A stretch of DNA of 64,000 nucleotides from Patescibacteria group bacterium. GTDB lineage: Bacteria; Patescibacteriota; WWE3; JAUXAW01; JAYEID01. Positions within the stretch are counted from its first letter, which is position 1; each line of letters opens with the position of its first letter. Under the pieces are notes generated by a model, which had not been told where the DNA came from, did not search any database, and saw only the letters and a program-made list of their open reading frames with translations. The stretch is taken from positions 2,227 through 66,226 of the forward strand of contig JBMCWH010000002.1 in NCBI GenBank assembly GCA_048621635.1, in the 5' to 3' direction. Of this stretch, positions 15,207 to 25,607 are shown one piece after another. A program made the translations under genes and the position numbers.

Positions 15207-16274
15207 ATGTTTGGGTTAATATCGAAACTTTTTCAGGGCCGGCAGGAAAAAAAAGGGGGAAAAGGGAAGGAGGCATGGAAAGAAACGATTGATCGGCATT
15301 TAGAAGAGGAATGGAGAAAGGAAGAAGAAGCGAGGAAAAGAAGAGCCGCTGTGGCAAGAAGAAAAGCCAAACGGCAGAAGGAAAGGCTGCTAGCCGAACA
15401 TCAAGAAAAGTTCAGATGCCCTTGCTGCGGAAAACCTTCACCCTGGCCCCGCAAAAAGGTGAGGGAAGTTGAAGGAGAGCACAGTTCTTGGTATGAAAAG
15501 ACTAGTATGGACGATTGGGATAAACCGCACAAGGATTGGAAGAAATGTAGTATATGCGGACGTTGGATTTGTCCTGACTGTATTTATAAGAGTTACTGCC
15601 GAATCTGTGCTGACGCAATAGCGAAAGGTGAGTCCGCGAAACAAAGAAGAAAGCGGCTGAAAAAAGAAAGAGAGGAACGCCAGCGCAGAAGAGAAGAAGC
15701 GGCGAGAGAAGAAGAAATGCAGCAGCTTCGGGAGTTGTGGCAACGCTTGGAAATAGACAAATTGGTAGAAATGGTTGCTAATTCAATGTGGCCAAATGAA
15801 CCAGACCTGAAGATAAGAGGGCCGAAAGAAGAGTTTAGAACTTTTGTGCATGAATTTCCTTGCCGAATCTCCGAGATAGAAGGTTCTCTTGAGGGCTTGT
15901 TTAACCTTAGGGAGGGGTATTGTAAGCCGAGGCAGGCAAAAAAGAGAGTGATTTACCTGCGTTTTGAGCTTAAACCCGACGAGCTGGTTATTTTTGAACC
16001 AAATAAGAAAACTTTGTACTATCCAAGTGATTCTTTTTTCAATCAGGGATATGGTTGGGAAGGCTGCCTTTGCAGGTTGCAGATTCGGGAAGATATGAAG
16101 CCGGAGGACGTTCTGAGCCAAGCAGAAAGTATGTTGGTGGAACATTGGTCATGGGAATCAGGAGCAGATGATGGGAAAACTCTTGCAGAGAGAACGCAAA
16201 GTATAAAGGAATTTAGAAAGCATTTGGAGAGCTATTCTGAAGCACTCCACGAGTATATAGAGGCGACCAGTTAG
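15207..16274 (+). CDS. Hypothetical Lys/Glu/Arg-rich protein with two CxxC pairs (zinc-ribbon-like) and an unknown C-terminal domain
   Basis: AAGGGAGGTG lies upstream of the ATG. Contains CPCCG...CSICGRWICPDC...CRIC. No family recognised. Confidence 0.6.
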   Translation: MFGLISKLFQGRQEKKGGKGKEAWKETIDRHLEEEWRKEEEARKRRAAVARRKAKRQKERLLAEHQEKFRCPCCGKPSPWPRKKVREVEGEHSSWYEKTSMDDWDKPHKDWKKCSICGRWICPDCIYKSYCRICADAIAKGESAKQRRKRLKKEREERQRRREEAAREEEMQQLRELWQRLEIDKLVEMVANSMWPNEPDLKIRGPKEEFRTFVHEFPCRISEIEGSLEGLFNLREGYCKPRQAKKRVIYLRFELKPDELVIFEPNKKTLYYPSDSFFNQGYGWEGCLCRLQIREDMKPEDVLSQAESMLVEHWSWESGADDGKTLAERTQSIKEFRKHLESYSEALHEYIEATS

Positions 16275-16322
16275 ACACAGGATATAACAAAGGGATATAT
16301 AAAAACCAATAAATTCAAGTAA

Positions 16323-16378
16323 AGGGCACTGTTTCCCCTCTTTCCTTAGCGGGCTAATAGTGTCCTTTTTTTATTTTT
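16323..16378 (+). terminator. Terminator candidate
   Basis: AGGGCACT (16323-16330) pairs with AGTGTCCT (16359-16366) with one G-U pair, followed by TTTTTTTATTTTT. The loop is long. Confidence 0.4.
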
Positions 16379-16394
16379 CGGTTTGCTTTCAGAA

Positions 16395-16985
16395 GCTTAT
16401 ACTTGGTGTTGGATAAATTTTAGAATGCAGTAAGCTCCGAGGACTATTCCTAGAAAGTTAAGAGTTAATTTTTCTGAGACACCAGGCCAGAAAAGGTTTA
16501 GTGTTGCCGAGGCACCAGCAATAGCAGCAACGAAAAAATAAATAAGTGTGTTTTGTCCTAGTTCTGTTACCATTGCCACATTGTTTACTTCAACTCCTAA
16601 GATATACGCTAAACTAAAGCAGAAAAGAACTCCAATTGTAGCTTGAATCAGCAAATTCTTGAAATTGTTCAGGAAAACTTTCTTTTCTTTCCAGACAAGT
16701 GCTGCTGGTAAGACTAGGATAGGGTTGAGCAAGGGGGCAATAACCATTGCTCCAATAACAATCGGTTCAGAATTTATAGAAAGTCCTAAGACACAAGTGG
16801 CTAGACCAGCAAAGGAAAGAAAAGCAAAATCGAAATCAAGGTTTGCTTTTTGTATTAGTCTTTGGTGAGCTTTTTCCAGCTCATTTTTCTCGATTAGGTT
16901 TGAGTTTTTCCAAATTTGCATGTGCTCTCCTTTTTCCATTGTAGTAAACTAGCGCGGTTCATAAAATAGTAAAAAATTTTTCTAG
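16395..16985. repeat. Segmental duplication, copy 1 (carries a 105-bp internal deletion)
   Basis: Near-identical over long stretches to 18691-19385, including about 45 nt upstream of the start codon. Confidence 0.85.
16397..16921 (-). CDS. DUF389-like membrane protein, internally deleted paralog (possibly non-functional)
   Basis: IVIGAMVIAPLLNPI motif. Lacks the 35 codons (VTGVAVSVALVPPIAIMGIALS...) present in the paralog. ATG 16921 is preceded by AAAGGAGAG. Confidence 0.55.
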   Translation of the reverse strand: MQIWKNSNLIEKNELEKAHQRLIQKANLDFDFAFLSFAGLATCVLGLSINSEPIVIGAMVIAPLLNPILVLPAALVWKEKKVFLNNFKNLLIQATIGVLFCFSLAYILGVEVNNVAMVTELGQNTLIYFFVAAIAGASATLNLFWPGVSEKLTLNFLGIVLGAYCILKFIQHQV

Positions 16986-17081
16986 ATTTTTGAGATGTGC
17001 TTTTAACACTAACTCATGAGCAAATACCCATCACATACCCGACCCCCCCTATTTAGTAATTACTCTATCTATTTTAGTATA

Positions 17082-17110
17082 TTGACTTACCCGTAAAAAA
17101 ACTGATAGTG
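17082..17110 (+). promoter_or_regulatory. Promoter candidate (TTGACT-17 nt-ATAGTG)
   Basis: -35 at 17082-17087 and a weak -10 at 17105-17110, about 60 nt upstream of an orphan terminator. Confidence 0.3.
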
Positions 17111-17168
17111 TTAACCCATGGAGCAGACCTACCCACTGCCCATAAAATCAAAAGTTCTTTTATACTAC

Positions 17169-17195
17169 AACCCGCTTTCTAGCGGGTTTTTTATT
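17169..17195 (+). terminator. Orphan rho-independent terminator in an intergenic leader
   Basis: AACCCGCT-TTCT-AGCGGGTT followed by TTTTTATTT. No upstream plus-strand CDS. It lies 30 nt before the RBS of the next gene. Confidence 0.6.
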
Positions 17196-17263
17196 TGTTG
17201 AGACTTTGAAAGGGGGTGAACTAAATTGAAAAAGATATTGTATTCTATTGCGCATTTGCTGTA

Positions 17264-17635
17264 ATGTTTGGATTGGCATCAGTGGCAGGAGATGTCTATG
17301 CTTTTCCTGAAAGTGGAAAAGTAGGGCAGAATGTTGATGAGGATCATCCTGAGGGAACTGTTACCCGAGTTGAGTTTCAAGAAGAAGATGATGGTTGGTA
17401 TCTTATAATGCCTTATCGTGGTGATTTTGATGGTGATCCTTATTTAGATGATGGTTGGATAATAAATGTTTGGACGGATAGAGAAGGGAATGCTTGGGTT
17501 TATATGTTCGTACACGACACAGATCCAAGGTTTACTGGTGAAAACCCAATATGGGGTTCTTGGGATTGGTTTTTAGGAACAGGTGGAGGTAAAGATTGGC
17601 AAGAAGACAGTGGGGTGTTCACATCCAATCGGTAA
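17264..17635 (+). CDS. Small acidic Trp/Asp-rich secreted protein candidate (start probably upstream, non-AUG)
   Basis: The track ORF starts mid signal peptide. The same frame is open back to ATT 17225, giving (M)EKDIVFYCAFAVMFGLASVAGDVYA/FPE. AAAGGGGGTGA lies at 17209-17219. Confidence 0.55.
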   Translation: MFGLASVAGDVYAFPESGKVGQNVDEDHPEGTVTRVEFQEEDDGWYLIMPYRGDFDGDPYLDDGWIINVWTDREGNAWVYMFVHDTDPRFTGENPIWGSWDWFLGTGGGKDWQEDSGVFTSNR

Positions 17636-17737
17636 TGTAGATAATTGATAAGTATAGCAAAGAGAGTCTATTTGTATTGTAATACAACAGATAGGCTCTC
17701 TTTTGCTTTTTTTTATGGTTAATTAAAGCTCTTTGGT

Positions 17738-18547
17738 TTAATATAAAGAAGGAAAGAAGATGAATTTAACTGCCGAGCCGGCTACAATAATGTACAACAA
17801 TATTCTAATGTACTTATAGCCAAACTTCTTTGCCCAGTTGATTCCTACGAAGGAACCAATGGCGCCTCCCAGAATGGTAGGAAAAGCATATTGCCAATTA
17901 ATTAGATCGGGTTGGTTAAAGTAAATGTAGGAAGCAACTACAGACATGAAAATATCAATTACTTTGGTTGTAGCTGCTGTGGCTAAAATGCTCGCTCCGC
18001 CAATGAAGTAAAACCCCAAAAGCATTAGTGTACCTACTGATCCACCGTAAAAACCAGCATAGAAACCGATGAATACGGTGAAAAACATCAGGATAATAGT
18101 CTGTTTCCGGTTTTGGGTTATTATTGGTCTTTTATTCGTAAGTTTATTAAACAACACCCTAACTGTACGGGAGAAAGTAACTTTCTCTTTTTTTACATGG
18201 GGAATGGTTAATAGGATAAGTAGCATTAGACCTCCTACAAGGTAAGAAAATAATTGCTGATCCATTTTGATGGCAGTGTGTGCACCGAAATAGCTCCCAA
18301 TCATTGCTAAGGGGGCAAAAGTACAGGCTTGTTTCCAGTTTACTAATTTTTCATTATTGAAGATCAGAGAGGTTATAATATCTAGCACCACGGTAACGAT
18401 TTGCATTGTTGCGATTGCTACTAGTGTAGGTAAGCCGATCAGTCCAAAAACTGAAACTAAAAACAAATTACCGCCTCCCGCAACCACATCACTGACGCTG
18501 GCTATAAAACCAAGAATTGATAGACCGGAAATTACTAAGATATTCAT
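17738..18547 (-). CDS. TauE/SafE (TSUP) family membrane transporter
   Basis: Polytopic membrane protein with two-fold internal symmetry and Gly-rich helices (AGGGNLF, GGSVGTLM) typical of the family. Confidence 0.7.
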   Translation of the reverse strand: MNILVISGLSILGFIASVSDVVAGGGNLFLVSVFGLIGLPTLVAIATMQIVTVVLDIITSLIFNNEKLVNWKQACTFAPLAMIGSYFGAHTAIKMDQQLFSYLVGGLMLLILLTIPHVKKEKVTFSRTVRVLFNKLTNKRPIITQNRKQTIILMFFTVFIGFYAGFYGGSVGTLMLLGFYFIGGASILATAATTKVIDIFMSVVASYIYFNQPDLINWQYAFPTILGGAIGSFVGINWAKKFGYKYIRILLYIIVAGSAVKFIFFPSLY

Positions 18548-18690
18548 TTCTTATATAATAGATGAACATGAAAAAAAGGGCAATAATTGAGTTGAAATAT
18601 TTCCTAACCAAGAAATGAACCGGAGGTTATGCCGGTAAATTTTACCGTACCATTTCGGGTTCTCTTGTGATTACAAGGGTTTTGGGAAAG

Positions 18691-19385
18691 CCTATACCTG
18701 GTGTTGGATAACTTTTAGAATGCTATAAGCTCCGATTAGTATCCCTAGAAAGTTGAGAGTTAAGTTTTCAGTTGCGCTTATCAGAATTTCTGTATTTTGG
18801 TTACTTAGTGCAATGCCCATGATTGCTATTGGCGGAACTAAAGCTACTGATACAGCAACTCCAGTTACTTTTTCTGGGACACCAGGCCAAAAAAGGCTTA
18901 GGGTGGCGGAGGTGCCGGCGATGGCGGCAACGAAGAAATAAATAAGTGCGTTTTGTCCTAGTTCTGAGATTAATTCCACATTCTGTACTTGAATTCCTAA
19001 TATATAAGCTAGGCTTGAGCAAAAAACGACGCCAATAATAACTTGGATAAGCAAATTCTTGAAGTTATTTAGGAACACTCTCTTTTCCTCCCAGATCAGT
19101 GCTGCTGGCAAAACTAAGATAGAGTAAAGTAAGGGGGAAATAATCATTGCCCCAATTACTATTGGGTCAGAGTTTAGGGACATTCCTAAGACACACGTGG
19201 CCAAACCAGCAAAGGAAAGAAAAGCAAAATCGAAATCAAGTTTTGCTTTTTGTATTAGTCTTTGGTGAGCCTTTTCCAGCTCATTTTTCTCGATTAGGCC
19301 TGAGTTTTTCCAAATTTGCATCTGCCCTCCTTTTTCCATTGTAGCAAACTAGCTCGGTTTGCAAAATAGTAAAAGGCTTTTCTAG
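18691..19385. repeat. Segmental duplication, copy 2 (full length)
   Basis: See 16395-16985. Confidence 0.85.
18692..19321 (-). CDS. DUF389-like membrane protein (full-length paralog)
   Basis: IVIGAMIISPLLYSI and AVSVALVPPIAIMG motifs. ATG 19321 is preceded by AAAGGAGGG. Confidence 0.65.
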   Translation of the reverse strand: MQIWKNSGLIEKNELEKAHQRLIQKAKLDFDFAFLSFAGLATCVLGMSLNSDPIVIGAMIISPLLYSILVLPAALIWEEKRVFLNNFKNLLIQVIIGVVFCSSLAYILGIQVQNVELISELGQNALIYFFVAAIAGTSATLSLFWPGVPEKVTGVAVSVALVPPIAIMGIALSNQNTEILISATENLTLNFLGILIGAYSILKVIQHQV

Positions 19386-19537
19386 TACCGGCTATAAATT
19401 AGCTGTAGAACAAGCATTTTGAGCGGGTTGGGAGTGTATGGTAAAATTAGATCAGGTGTTCATTGAGCCCCGAACCACATGGGGTACGGGGCTAATTCAG
19501 CAGACCAAATTCGATAACGAATTTGGTGCTTCATTGA

Positions 19538-19612
19538 GGGGCTGTAGCTCAGCGGCAGAGCACTTGCATGGCATGCAAGGGGTCAGGGGTTCAAATCCCC
19601 TCAGCTCCACCA
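19538..19612 (+). tRNA. tRNA-Ala (anticodon GGC), CCA encoded
   Basis: GGGGCTG/CAGCTCC acceptor with G3:U70, anticodon loop ATGGCAT, T-arm AGGGG-TTCAAAT-CCCCT. Confidence 0.9.
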
Positions 19613-19779
19613 CATTTACTTAGTTCTTCAAGTCCTACTTAAAAAGGCCATCCGGGCCCACTTTCAATGACAAACGAAAGTTAGTAGCGAAAATTTAGTG
19701 GTTAGATTATTAATAATATTAAGGTCTGACTTTTTTATTCTTTTAAGTAAGCCATTGTTTGCAAAAATAGCAAAAAGAA

Positions 19780-19812
19780 AACCCTCCGAAAGTAAAGTTT
19801 CTTTGGAGGGTT
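19780..19812 (-). terminator. Terminator for the HAD-like gene
   Basis: AACCCTCC...GGAGGGTT stem abutting the stop codon. On the minus strand it is followed by TTCTTTTTGCTATTTTT. Confidence 0.55.
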
Positions 19813-20319
19813 TTATGGTCGTGGAGCTACTTGAGTTTTCTTCTTTTTGTGAGCTAGAAAATCTTCGGGAGAAATAGCATCTACATCGTTTTCTGCTAGT
19901 ACCCCTCTGATACTTGGATTGTCATCAATTACAGTTACTTTTGTGTTGGGAAAATTGGTACAAACTCGCTTTTTGAAAGAGATGGCGTCTTCCTCATCTT
20001 TGGGTAAGTGTAGTTCCCAACAGCTATTTATCCCTGCTTTGGAAAGCCAGCTGCGTACAAGCGTGCGATGACGATGTCGGATAAATGTAATCAGTATTAC
20101 CCGCGTCCCTTGGCGTGAGATATTGCGGAGAATTGATACAATCTCCAGGTCTGGTGTGCTCATCCGGTAAACTAATTTTCCCACCCCGAAGTTTAAGACA
20201 GGGTTTGTCCAATCTCTTACTAAGCGCGGAATGATGTCCAATGCTTTTATTCCTAGGAAATGTCTCAAAACCCCATCTAAATCAACCACCAGCACTTCTC
20301 TAGGTTTTTCTGTGTTCAT
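19813..20319 (-). CDS. HAD-superfamily hydrolase-like protein
   Basis: VVDLDGVL (DxDxV motif I) and VIDDNP (motif IV-like). ATG 20319 is preceded by GGAAGGGGAGG. Confidence 0.5.
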   Translation of the reverse strand: MNTEKPREVLVVDLDGVLRHFLGIKALDIIPRLVRDWTNPVLNFGVGKLVYRMSTPDLEIVSILRNISRQGTRVILITFIRHRHRTLVRSWLSKAGINSCWELHLPKDEEDAISFKKRVCTNFPNTKVTVIDDNPSIRGVLAENDVDAISPEDFLAHKKKKTQVAPRP

Positions 20320-20490
20320 GCCTCCCCTTCCTTTTGATTTCTGCAATTTTTTGACTTCTTACCTGTGCACTGGAATATAGTATAGAAAATCCAAACAGTC
20401 AAGTGTGATTACAATTCTCTAACTTGCCTTTAAAGGTTTTTTATTAGAGATACTGACAGCTTACGGGAAAAATGATAGAATTATTGATTG

Positions 20491-22638
20491 ATGACCAACA
20501 CAGATTTTAATTTAAAATCAGATTTCGCACCTACTGGGGATCAGCCACAAGCGATTGGACAACTTACTCAAGGTATAAATGCGGGACTAGAACACCAGGT
20601 TCTTTTAGGGGTGACGGGAAGTGGAAAAACCTTTTCTGTTGCCAATGTGGTGGAGAAAGTTCAGAAACCAACACTTGTTATTTCCCATAACAAGACCTTG
20701 ACCGCGCAGCTGTATCAGGAATTTAGAGATTTTTTTCCCGAAAACGAAATTCATTATTTTGTTTCTTATTACGATTATTACCAGCCCGAAGCTTACGTAC
20801 CACAGAGAGATTTATACATTGAGAAAGAGGTAGACATAAATAAAGAGATAGAAAAGCTGAGACACTCTGCCACAGCCGCTTTAATTACGCGTAAAGATGT
20901 AATTGTGGTTGCGTCTGTTTCCTGTATCTATGGTTTGGGGCGGCCATCTGATTATGCACAAGAGATTATGGTTTTAGAAGAAGATGAAAAGCTTTCACGG
21001 GGGGATATCTTGCGCGATTTAATTGATCTACTTTACGAGCGGAATGATTGGGATCTAAAGCGGGGTTGTTTCCGTGTCCGCGGAGAAAATGTTGAAGTTT
21101 TCCCTCCTTATGGTGGTGAGGCTCTTCGTATTTCTATTTTGGGTAGAAGAATAAATAAGTTGGAATGGATAGAACCAGAAACTGGGCGAGTAGTTGAGCC
21201 TGTGAAAGAAGTAAAGCTTCTTTCTGCTAAGCATTTCATAACACCAAGAAAACGGCTAAAGCAAAGTATTAGTCGTATTGAGCAAGAACTTCAGGAGCGA
21301 CTTGAAGAGCTAAAAAACCAAGGGAAAGATATAGAAGCTCATCGTCTAAAGGTTCGCACGGAACACGATTTAGAGTTACTGGAGGAATTAGGTTATTGTC
21401 CGGGAGTGGAAAATTATTCCCGGTACCTTTCTGGTCGTTCACCAGGGGAACCCCCCTATACCTTAATCGATTATTTCCGGCACAGTTACGGAGATGATTT
21501 TTTGTGTGTGATTGATGAGTCACATATGACGGTTCCGCAAATCCGGGGGATGTATAATGGGGACCGTGCCCGCAAAGAAAATTTGGTAAATTTTGGATTT
21601 CGTCTTCCGTCTGCGTTAGATAACCGCCCTTTAACTTTTGATGAGTTTCAAGATAAAGTTAGTCAAACAATTTACACTTCGGCAACTCCGAGTGACTGGG
21701 AAATAAAAAGAGCTCGTTCGAGCGCTGAATTACAAATTTCAAATGATAAAATTCAAATGTCCGGCAAGGAAAAAAGTCCTGAGGAATTGGCGGGCAAAAA
21801 ACTGCATAATGGGGTTGTGGAACAATTGATTCGTCCTACAGGGCTTTTAGATCCAAAGATTGAAGTACGACCAGCAGAAGGACAGATTGAAGATTTGATT
21901 AAAGAAATTGTTGCACGAAAGTTGAAAAAAGAGCGTGCTTTGGTAACTACCTTGACAAAACGAATGGCTGAAGATTTAGCTAGTTATTTAAACGATGAGG
22001 ACAAACTGACTGCTGTTATGGAGGAAAAGGGAGATAGTTTTTCAGAGTTGCAAGAGGAGACTGTCACAGACATTAAGGCAGAGTATCTACACAGCGAGAT
22101 AGAAACTTTGGAAAGGAGTGATATTCTTGCTGATCTACGTAGAGGTGAGTTTGATGTAGTAGTTGGTATTAATTTACTTAGGGAAGGGCTAGATCTTCCT
22201 GAAGTTTCTTTGGTAGCAATTCTTGATGCAGATAAAGAAGGTTTTTTGCGTTCAGAGACAGCTTTAATTCAAACTATGGGTAGAGCTGCTAGACACGAAA
22301 ATGGAGCAGCTATTCTCTATGCAGAGGAAGTTACTGAGTCTATGCAAGCAGCTATTGATGAGGTTGCAAGGAGACGTCAAGTCCAGAAAAAATATAACCA
22401 AACGCATAATATAACTCCGCAATCCATTAAAAAGCCAATTAGGCAAAGGTTGGTACGAAAAATTGAGCAGCCCGATGAGAAGGAAAAAGAAGAGAATTGG
22501 TCGGTTTTGCCGCCGGAAGAGCTAGAAAACAAGATTTGGGAATGGGAAAGGGAGATGAGACAAGCAGCAGACCAGTTAAACTTTGAAAAAGCTGCGGAAT
22601 TACGTGACAGGATAAGAGAAGTACAGAAGACAATGTAG
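20491..22638 (+). CDS. uvrB: Excinuclease ABC subunit B
   Basis: PTGDQPQAI, GVTGSGKT, DESH, the helicase C motifs and the C-terminal UVR motif FEKAAELRDRI. About 30 extra residues precede VVEQLIRPTGLLDP. Confidence 0.95.
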   Translation: MTNTDFNLKSDFAPTGDQPQAIGQLTQGINAGLEHQVLLGVTGSGKTFSVANVVEKVQKPTLVISHNKTLTAQLYQEFRDFFPENEIHYFVSYYDYYQPEAYVPQRDLYIEKEVDINKEIEKLRHSATAALITRKDVIVVASVSCIYGLGRPSDYAQEIMVLEEDEKLSRGDILRDLIDLLYERNDWDLKRGCFRVRGENVEVFPPYGGEALRISILGRRINKLEWIEPETGRVVEPVKEVKLLSAKHFITPRKRLKQSISRIEQELQERLEELKNQGKDIEAHRLKVRTEHDLELLEELGYCPGVENYSRYLSGRSPGEPPYTLIDYFRHSYGDDFLCVIDESHMTVPQIRGMYNGDRARKENLVNFGFRLPSALDNRPLTFDEFQDKVSQTIYTSATPSDWEIKRARSSAELQISNDKIQMSGKEKSPEELAGKKLHNGVVEQLIRPTGLLDPKIEVRPAEGQIEDLIKEIVARKLKKERALVTTLTKRMAEDLASYLNDEDKLTAVMEEKGDSFSELQEETVTDIKAEYLHSEIETLERSDILADLRRGEFDVVVGINLLREGLDLPEVSLVAILDADKEGFLRSETALIQTMGRAARHENGAAILYAEEVTESMQAAIDEVARRRQVQKKYNQTHNITPQSIKKPIRQRLVRKIEQPDEKEKEENWSVLPPEELENKIWEWEREMRQAADQLNFEKAAELRDRIREVQKTM

Positions 22639-22670
22639 GCAAAATCCAAAGATCAAAATTTAAATTTCAA

Positions 22671-25607
22671 ATGAATAACAAAATCAAAGTGCGCGGCGCG
22701 CGCGAACACAACCTAAAGAACATTGATGTGGAAATACCAAAAGGGAAGTTTGTAACTTTTACCGGTGTTTCTGGTAGTGGTAAATCTAGTTTAGCTTTGG
22801 ACACTATCTTTGCTGAAGGTCAACGTCGGTATATCCAGTCTTTGTCTTCTTATGCACGCCAGTTTTTAGGTAGTCAGGCAAAACCGGATGTGGATCAGAT
22901 CGAAGGCCTTTCTCCTGCTATTGCAATCAGTCAAAAGAAACCTTTTCACAATCCGCGCTCTACTGTGGGAACTATAACCGAGGTCTATGATTTTTTTCGG
23001 TTATTGTTTGCTCGTATTGGGCACCCTCATTGTCCGCAATGTGGTCGAGAGGTGAAGAGGCAAAGTTTGGACGAGATAACTGCGTCGGTCTTACAGGTAT
23101 TAGAAGAAGAAGCTGATTCTTCTAAGGGGGCAAGAATACTAGTATTGGCTCCGGTGGTTAAGGACAAGAAAGGGGAGTATAGTGCTTTGTTTGAGAATAT
23201 GAAGAAACAGGGATTTTTACGTGCACGGATTGATGGAGAAGTGCGCCAAATTGATGAGGATTTTGTTTTGATTAAGACTAACAGACATACTATTGAGGTA
23301 ATTACTGATCGCCTGGTTATCTCTAAAAAGGATCTAGAGAGCACTACGGAAACGATAGCAAGATTAAAGGAAGCAATTGCGCAGGCTCTAGAGTTAGCAG
23401 AGGGAGAAGTGATTGTTAGCCAAGTGCAGGATGATTCCTTTGACTTTCCCGAGAAACCAAAAAAACTGGAGGACTATCTTTTTTCAGAGCGGTTTGCTTG
23501 TCCAGTGTGTAACTTGAGCTTAGAGGAGCCTGAACCACGGACATTTTCCTTTAACTCTCCGCACGGTGCTTGTCCTAAATGTGATGGCTTGGGAACTATC
23601 TTGCGTGCTGACCCAGAACAAGCCATTAATCCACGTCTTACTGTTAATGAAGGAGGAATTCTTGCTCTTTCTTCCTTAACCACTAATGATACTTGGTACA
23701 GACGAAAGATTGAGGCTGTGGCTGAGGAAAAAGATATTGACTTGGATAAAAACATTGGTGACTTAAGCAAAGAAAAGCAGGACATTTTACTACACGGTTG
23801 CGGAGATGAGGAATTTTTAGTTAAGGGCAGAAATAGACAGGGGAAAAAAACAAGCTTTGAGGAATCCTTCGCTGGTATTTTGGTAAAGATAGAAAGTCGG
23901 TATCAGACTACTGATTCCAACCGGATTAGAAAGCAGCTGGAACGGTATATGTATGAGGAAACTTGTCCTGCTTGCCAAGGTACTCGCCTCAAACCCTCCT
24001 CTATTTCTGTAACCGTACGGGGCAAGAACATAGCTGAAATTGCTGAGCAAAGTATTGAAGATCTAAAAGAATGGACTGAGGATCTTGCACAATCTGATAT
24101 TGATATTTCTGATCGTGAACATTCTATAGCTGAGCCAATACTTAGAGAAATAAATGCCCGGTTAAAATTTCTCAATTCTGTTGGTCTTTCTTATCTTAAT
24201 TTAAATCGATCAGCGGCTACTTTGTCTGGTGGAGAAGCACAGCGCATTCGGCTAGCCTCCCAAATTGGCTCCGGACTTTCTGGTGTTCTGTATGTTTTGG
24301 ACGAGCCGTCTGTAGGATTACACCAAAGAGATATGGCCAAGCTAATAAATACCTTAAAAGATTTACGCGACTTGGATAATACTGTGGTAGTGGTTGAGCA
24401 CGATGCCCAGACTATTCGGGGGAGTGATTGGGTAATTGATTTTGGTCCCGGTGGGGGTAAGTTAGGAGGAGAAGTTATTGCAGGAGGGACGCCGAAGGAT
24501 ATTTCCGTAAATAAAGAATCTTTAACTGGGGATTATTTAGCTGGGAGGAAGAAGGTAAAAATTGTGGATATAGAGGATAGTTTTGAATTATCTAACCCGG
24601 AAGAAAAAATTAAAGAGGGAGAGCTAACCCTTGTTGGTGGGCGTGAACACAACCTAAAAAACATTGATGTTAATTTTCCTTTTAACAAATTCATTTGTGT
24701 GACAGGTGTTTCGGGTTCTGGCAAATCAACTTTAGTAATGGACACTCTTTACCCAAGCTTGCGAGGTGAACTGAATCGTCGTGTTTACTCTGCACCCGGT
24801 GATCATGACGGGCTTCTTGGGGCGGAAAAAATCGACAAAGTGTATGAGATTGATCAGTCTCCTATTGGGCAAAGCCCTCGCTCTAATCCGGCAACCTATA
24901 CAGGAGCGTTTGACTATATTAGGGAAGCTTTTGCCCGTACTAGGGAAGCCCGCTTACGTGGCTTTGATGTAGGACAGTTTTCCTTTAATACTAAGGGAGG
25001 GCGTTGCGAAGCGTGTGAAGGGCAAGGAGTGGAGAAAATCGAAATGCAATTTCTTCCTGATGTTTATGTTACTTGTGAAGTATGTGAAGGGCAACGCTAC
25101 AACGAAAGTACGCTAGAGATAAAGTACCGGGGAAAAAATATTAAGGAAATTTTAGATATGACTGTTTCCGAAGCTCTAAACTTTTTTAGTAGAATTAAGC
25201 TTTTGACCCGTAGATTAGAAACACTATCTAATGTAGGGCTGGGCTATTTAGAATTAGGGCAGCCCGCTCCAACCTTGTCTGGTGGAGAAGCGCAAAGAGT
25301 TAGGTTAGCTAAGGAGCTTTCCAAGAGGCCAAAAGGGCACACGTTTTATATTCTTGACGAACCTACCATTGGTTTGCATCCTGATGATTTAACAAAACTA
25401 CTTAGTGTACTTCATCACTTGGTAGATAGGGGTAATACAGTACTAGTAATAGAGCATAATTTAGATGTAATTAAAAGTGCGGATTGGATAATTGATCTAG
25501 GACCAGAGGGAGGGGAAGACGGTGGAGAAGTTATTTTTTCTGGAACTCCAAAGGAAATAATTGAATGCGAAAAATCCTACACTGGTCAAGCACTTAAGAA
25601 TTATTAG
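22671..25607 (+). CDS. uvrA: Excinuclease ABC subunit A
   Basis: Two ABC modules (GVSGSGKSS and GVSGSGKST; LSGGEAQR twice) and zinc-finger Cys pairs. Confidence 0.95.
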   Translation: MNNKIKVRGAREHNLKNIDVEIPKGKFVTFTGVSGSGKSSLALDTIFAEGQRRYIQSLSSYARQFLGSQAKPDVDQIEGLSPAIAISQKKPFHNPRSTVGTITEVYDFFRLLFARIGHPHCPQCGREVKRQSLDEITASVLQVLEEEADSSKGARILVLAPVVKDKKGEYSALFENMKKQGFLRARIDGEVRQIDEDFVLIKTNRHTIEVITDRLVISKKDLESTTETIARLKEAIAQALELAEGEVIVSQVQDDSFDFPEKPKKLEDYLFSERFACPVCNLSLEEPEPRTFSFNSPHGACPKCDGLGTILRADPEQAINPRLTVNEGGILALSSLTTNDTWYRRKIEAVAEEKDIDLDKNIGDLSKEKQDILLHGCGDEEFLVKGRNRQGKKTSFEESFAGILVKIESRYQTTDSNRIRKQLERYMYEETCPACQGTRLKPSSISVTVRGKNIAEIAEQSIEDLKEWTEDLAQSDIDISDREHSIAEPILREINARLKFLNSVGLSYLNLNRSAATLSGGEAQRIRLASQIGSGLSGVLYVLDEPSVGLHQRDMAKLINTLKDLRDLDNTVVVVEHDAQTIRGSDWVIDFGPGGGKLGGEVIAGGTPKDISVNKESLTGDYLAGRKKVKIVDIEDSFELSNPEEKIKEGELTLVGGREHNLKNIDVNFPFNKFICVTGVSGSGKSTLVMDTLYPSLRGELNRRVYSAPGDHDGLLGAEKIDKVYEIDQSPIGQSPRSNPATYTGAFDYIREAFARTREARLRGFDVGQFSFNTKGGRCEACEGQGVEKIEMQFLPDVYVTCEVCEGQRYNESTLEIKYRGKNIKEILDMTVSEALNFFSRIKLLTRRLETLSNVGLGYLELGQPAPTLSGGEAQRVRLAKELSKRPKGHTFYILDEPTIGLHPDDLTKLLSVLHHLVDRGNTVLVIEHNLDVIKSADWIIDLGPEGGEDGGEVIFSGTPKEIIECEKSYTGQALKNY

